From assembly GCA_963666835.2 (NCBI GenBank), contig CAXXGO010000001.1, positions 288,001 to 352,000 of the forward strand: a stretch of DNA of 64,000 bases. Direction: 5' to 3'. The DNA comes from Phycisphaerae bacterium (lineage in GTDB: Bacteria; Planctomycetota; Phycisphaerae; UBA1845). Both the position numbers and the translations under genes were made by a program. Position 1 is the first letter of the stretch. Every line of letters begins with the position of its first letter. Below, piece after piece: positions 61,501 through 64,000 of this stretch. A model generated the notes under the pieces. The model made no database searches and was not told the origin of the DNA. It saw nothing but the letters and a program-made list of their open reading frames with translations.

Positions 61501-62691
61501 GCGTTCGCACGCCTTCTCGGCGTTCTCGATGAGCGCGGTGAGTCGGCTCTCCCAGCCGGCTTGTTCCGCGGACGACGCCTCCACCACGGCCGCGGCATGA
61601 TCCGCCATGGCCACCCCACGTTCCAGCCGCTCCAGGAACATCTCTCCCTGAACCAGTAGGCTCTCGATTGTGCCGGCCAGCTCTTCACCTCGGCCGTTGC
61701 GCGACAAAGTGGAGCAACCGCTTGGAGGGCCACTGGCGGCATAGCGTACGGCGTCGCTGCCGATCGATCCGGCTCCCTGTGCGTTGCCTGCATAATCCGC
61801 TTGGGCCGGCCCGACCCAGCTTGTCGAAGCAACGGGTTCTCCGAGCAGCGCGGTTAGCGAAGCGCCTACTTCGCGGGCACTTGCGGACCGTTCAGCCTTC
61901 TCGGAGACGGTTGACGCGACAGCCTCGGTGACGCGCGCCTGCTCGGCGCGGTATGCGGCTAACATGGCCGCATGGCACATACGGTTGATCGCGCGAGGAA
62001 TACCGCCGGTCCCCTGGTGGATCAGGGCGACGGCCTCGGTGTCGAATAGGCTCGTTTCGCCCGCCCCGGCAACCCGCAGGCGGTCTTGGATGTATTGCTC
62101 AGTCTCGGCCGGTGACAGCGAAGGCACGGTGTGGTCCCCGTGGACTTGCTGACCGAGCCGCATGCACTCGGGCTGATCCAGCCGGGCGCGCAATTGGGGC
62201 TGCCCTACCAGCATGACCATGAATCGCACGTCCTCGTTGGCTTGCAGATCGGCCAGCGTACTGACGTCCGTTAGCGCCTCGGCGGAGAGGTTTTCGGCCT
62301 GGTCGATAATGAGTATTACCCGGCCGTCGGCCTTCGCCGTTCTGGTAAGGTGGCGGCGGAGCCGGGCGAGGCAGCGGACGCGGCTGCCGGAGGAGGGCAG
62401 GGTGATTCCCAGCCCCTTGCAGGCTTCGCGCAGAACGTCCAACGCTCCGTTGGCCGGGGCCGTCAGGACGGTGACCTGATCGGTGGCATTAAGGCGCGGG
62501 AGCAACGTGCGCACGAGGAGCGTCTTGCCCGCGCCGACCTCTCCCACCAGAACGGAGACGCCGCGACCGTGTTGCGCTTCGTATTCCATCGTTCGCAGGA
62601 TGTCCTCGTGCGCCGGGATGGCGCAGAAGAACTGGGCGTCGGGCCGATCCTCGAATGGTGAGTTGCGAAGTCCAAAGAAGTTGCAGTACAT
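58594..62691 (-). CDS. ExeA/GspA-like AAA ATPase fused to a very long coiled coil
   Basis: MYCNFFGLRNSPF, GEVGAGKT, LIIDQAENL, LVGQPQL, GGIPRAIN; about 1000 aa of E/Q/A/R/L-rich helix. Confidence 0.88.
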   Translation of the reverse strand: MYCNFFGLRNSPFEDRPDAQFFCAIPAHEDILRTMEYEAQHGRGVSVLVGEVGAGKTLLVRTLLPRLNATDQVTVLTAPANGALDVLREACKGLGITLPSSGSRVRCLARLRRHLTRTAKADGRVILIIDQAENLSAEALTDVSTLADLQANEDVRFMVMLVGQPQLRARLDQPECMRLGQQVHGDHTVPSLSPAETEQYIQDRLRVAGAGETSLFDTEAVALIHQGTGGIPRAINRMCHAAMLAAYRAEQARVTEAVASTVSEKAERSASAREVGASLTALLGEPVASTSWVGPAQADYAGNAQGAGSIGSDAVRYAASGPPSGCSTLSRNGRGEELAGTIESLLVQGEMFLERLERGVAMADHAAAVVEASSAEQAGWESRLTALIENAEKACERSDRVEERLTAFAEELADRGDRVQQSIAQLMTGLDASDELKGKLQTILAQISAESTGAQEAAAAQCRKLQEGIEEGERTHERLTETAWRECRARIDDYFSGLARDHDETAKETRTTIQAAVDEALCRTSDAERRLQQLLEQTTQTSKDAEQRICAMIDRAADSVSHVDVAVAAQQAAAEEALREVEQVRKTFVDSTLHDARMRLAEALAAQQSSMREEVQAAQEELQSLLQQTSTAVAEAERTVKGCATDLNERAEAVDGMHKQLASAALARFRQQLQTASETASQDLETIRNEITSATTDGRETLKECEHLRTRIAEDLRREITELTSAAQDRFQQQLQEAYEAACDDLETIRAEMKSVSDEGRDALKDCQHLRAGIVEDVRRDVSEINSRLETVRSRQAEVDSTFTTLANGVEATDQRLSEMSGVVKRMQIVITDESARADTAAGSLAEVLERGEDMLRSADKCYGQIETMQRNVAGVLVEIGTAHERLVEIHEQNQYGQQVIARLESARTDAEQVDRRLRDMVMDANNVRDAVQRIATDAESKIGPLASHTAAAGHLLGELGEANKNGHELIQKAGEAQKKLAAVNIEVASLAELSENAAHELTEGNTRAEQLISQMQEGTVSASNISSELAGRIDIADREIKRVKTEADKAGGLVDRLQRISRILATAKEVDGCVRKAVDEARAAHGELAIAVDNAIQQTAKLQDASATAGELVETQARLNHESEVSTIQLSEYVESAESTAEAGERLLNEFATQCETLRDELQALERKASQIDESVQQMSAKPSEIVASAQAQAAQLERVCAAVRKVFAGLWQASQEAKKSADESKDLNRRAVERLSLLSAETDQASNALREWVEEAMRVQTRLENTLKECPSLSETHSVNSLRRMSQLSSPLTRDGEAGPASRLRMLSEPKVREASKPKAEVEMPEPVELREEERPQPGPTRLEEVSRIIEGAKRHTLSEVAP

Positions 62692-63044
62692 CGTTTGTGC
62701 ACCTAAAGGACGACGTCCAAACCGGCGAGCCGGCGGCCCGCTCCTCGTCGAGCGCATCAACGCACAGCCCACCCCGAGGGAGCGCGCGCGTCTCAACGTC
62801 CTAAAAGAAACATCGGCGTCGGTTTTTATGGGCTGAAGTTATCGGGCAGAGGTAATCAGGCGGCGGAGACGCCCTTTCTTCTGCGGGATATCCCGGTGCT
62901 CAGGGCTGATATCAGCCATGTTGCGAGGTTGGCGGGCGGCGGCGGGGACGGGCAGGCGATACGCGGCGGACGCCGAGGACCTGAGCGATCCATCCTCATC
63001 GCACTTGCGTGAAAACTAAGGACCCGCGACCGCGGTGGACGTAG

Positions 63045-63470
63045 TCACGGTTTGTCCGGGGCCTTGATCGGCAAGTCGAACAAGCTCCCGTCTGGATGCT
63101 TCAGCCACAGCCGCCGGTGCTCTGCAACCGGGGTACGCTCCAGCCGGTCTTTGCCGTCCACGATGACGCGAATCTGTATGTAGTCGTCGATAAGATACAG
63201 AACGTCTCGGCGACCGGTCCCTCCCCAGTGGATCGCCGCTCTATCCTGGTACTTCCCGGCGAGGATAGTATCGAGATTGTTCAGCTTGTCGCCGATTGAG
63301 ACGCGTTCATGAAGATACTCCGCCCAGAGCGCCATGACGAATGTGACGCTGTCTCTTTCGCTGCGGATGCTCACGTCCTGCGGACCTTCGGGCTGCGCCA
63401 TCGCTATGACCGAGCAGAGAAACCCGCATGCGCCAACAGCTAATGCGACAATACTGACCTTATGCATCAT
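63045..63470 (-). CDS. Hypothetical secreted protein
   Basis: Signal peptide; ATGA overlap with the upstream gene; RBS GAGGTG. Confidence 0.7.
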   Translation of the reverse strand: MMHKVSIVALAVGACGFLCSVIAMAQPEGPQDVSIRSERDSVTFVMALWAEYLHERVSIGDKLNNLDTILAGKYQDRAAIHWGGTGRRDVLYLIDDYIQIRVIVDGKDRLERTPVAEHRRLWLKHPDGSLFDLPIKAPDKP

Positions 63471-64000
63471 TCCACCTCTTTCATAAACTGCCTCGCCTCG
63501 ACGCGGGAGAACCGCCACCACCATGCAATGGCTCCGATCGCACCGAAAAGAGCGATCACCATTATCGGCAGCGTGTAGAACTTGACCGTCGGTAGCAACG
63601 AGACGCTGTACCGCGCCACCAGCTCGTGCGGTATGGCGGCGAGAGCCGGCGCGGGCTCTTCGACCTGTAGGCGGGCGTCGTAGGCGCCGACCGGAAAGGA
63701 CGGCGAGCGCATCCGAAAGGCCCGCTCCCGACGTCCCGATGGAAGCGCGTGTTCGATGAGAGAATCACCCTCAAGCGTGCTTTCGTACACCGTGTTCCCG
63801 AGTCTGTCGGTAACGATAAACCTGGCGATCAACCCGGACAACAACGCGCCGTCTGCCACCGACTTCGTTGCATCGGACGGCACCTCCACATGGAGGTATA
63901 CGTCCATTGGCGGTATGTACATTTGTGTGAAATCACCGGCGTATGTACCGCGTTCTGAAAGATCGACCGCCAGCCTCATCGGGACGGCCTGCTGCAAATG
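63467..64000 (-). CDS. Hypothetical protein with C-terminal TM helix (5' partial)
   Basis: Open frame to the window edge, hydrophobic C-terminus. Confidence 0.65.
   Translation of the reverse strand, partial: HLQQAVPMRLAVDLSERGTYAGDFTQMYIPPMDVYLHVEVPSDATKSVADGALLSGLIARFIVTDRLGNTVYESTLEGDSLIEHALPSGRRERAFRMRSPSFPVGAYDARLQVEEPAPALAAIPHELVARYSVSLLPTVKFYTLPIMVIALFGAIGAIAWWWRFSRVEARQFMKEVE

Overview
GC-rich bacterial chromosome segment, most likely Planctomycetota (Phycisphaerae-like). That assignment is inferred from the TIGR02999-type ECF sigma/Ser-Thr kinase pair, IPTL-CTERM proteins and a Zn-ribbon SpoVG. Housekeeping genes present: guaA 3' end, lexA, gatCA, ispE, spoVG, glyQS, rpmI-rplT, lptFG, waaF, hldE-like. 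Accessory content: (i) an oxidative-stress island with a Fur/PerR-like regulator, bfr, katA, a Dps-like ferritin and a selenocysteine peroxiredoxin that the ORF track splits at its UGA, mixed with decayed relics and a diverged 340-bp duplication with a coding signature; (ii) an orphan CheW fused to a transposase-like winged helix; (iii) a GT-C/GT2/radical-SAM envelope-modification cluster; (iv) an ExeA-like ATPase with a rearranged Walker B and about 1000 aa of coiled coil; (v) dense, modular REP/REPIN/MITE repeats, including at least 28 copies of one GTAG 30-mer and 350-bp direct repeats bracketing two tandem IPTL-CTERM genes. I recognised no rRNA, tRNA, CRISPR-cas or integrase. All family assignments come from motif recognition by eye, not database searches.
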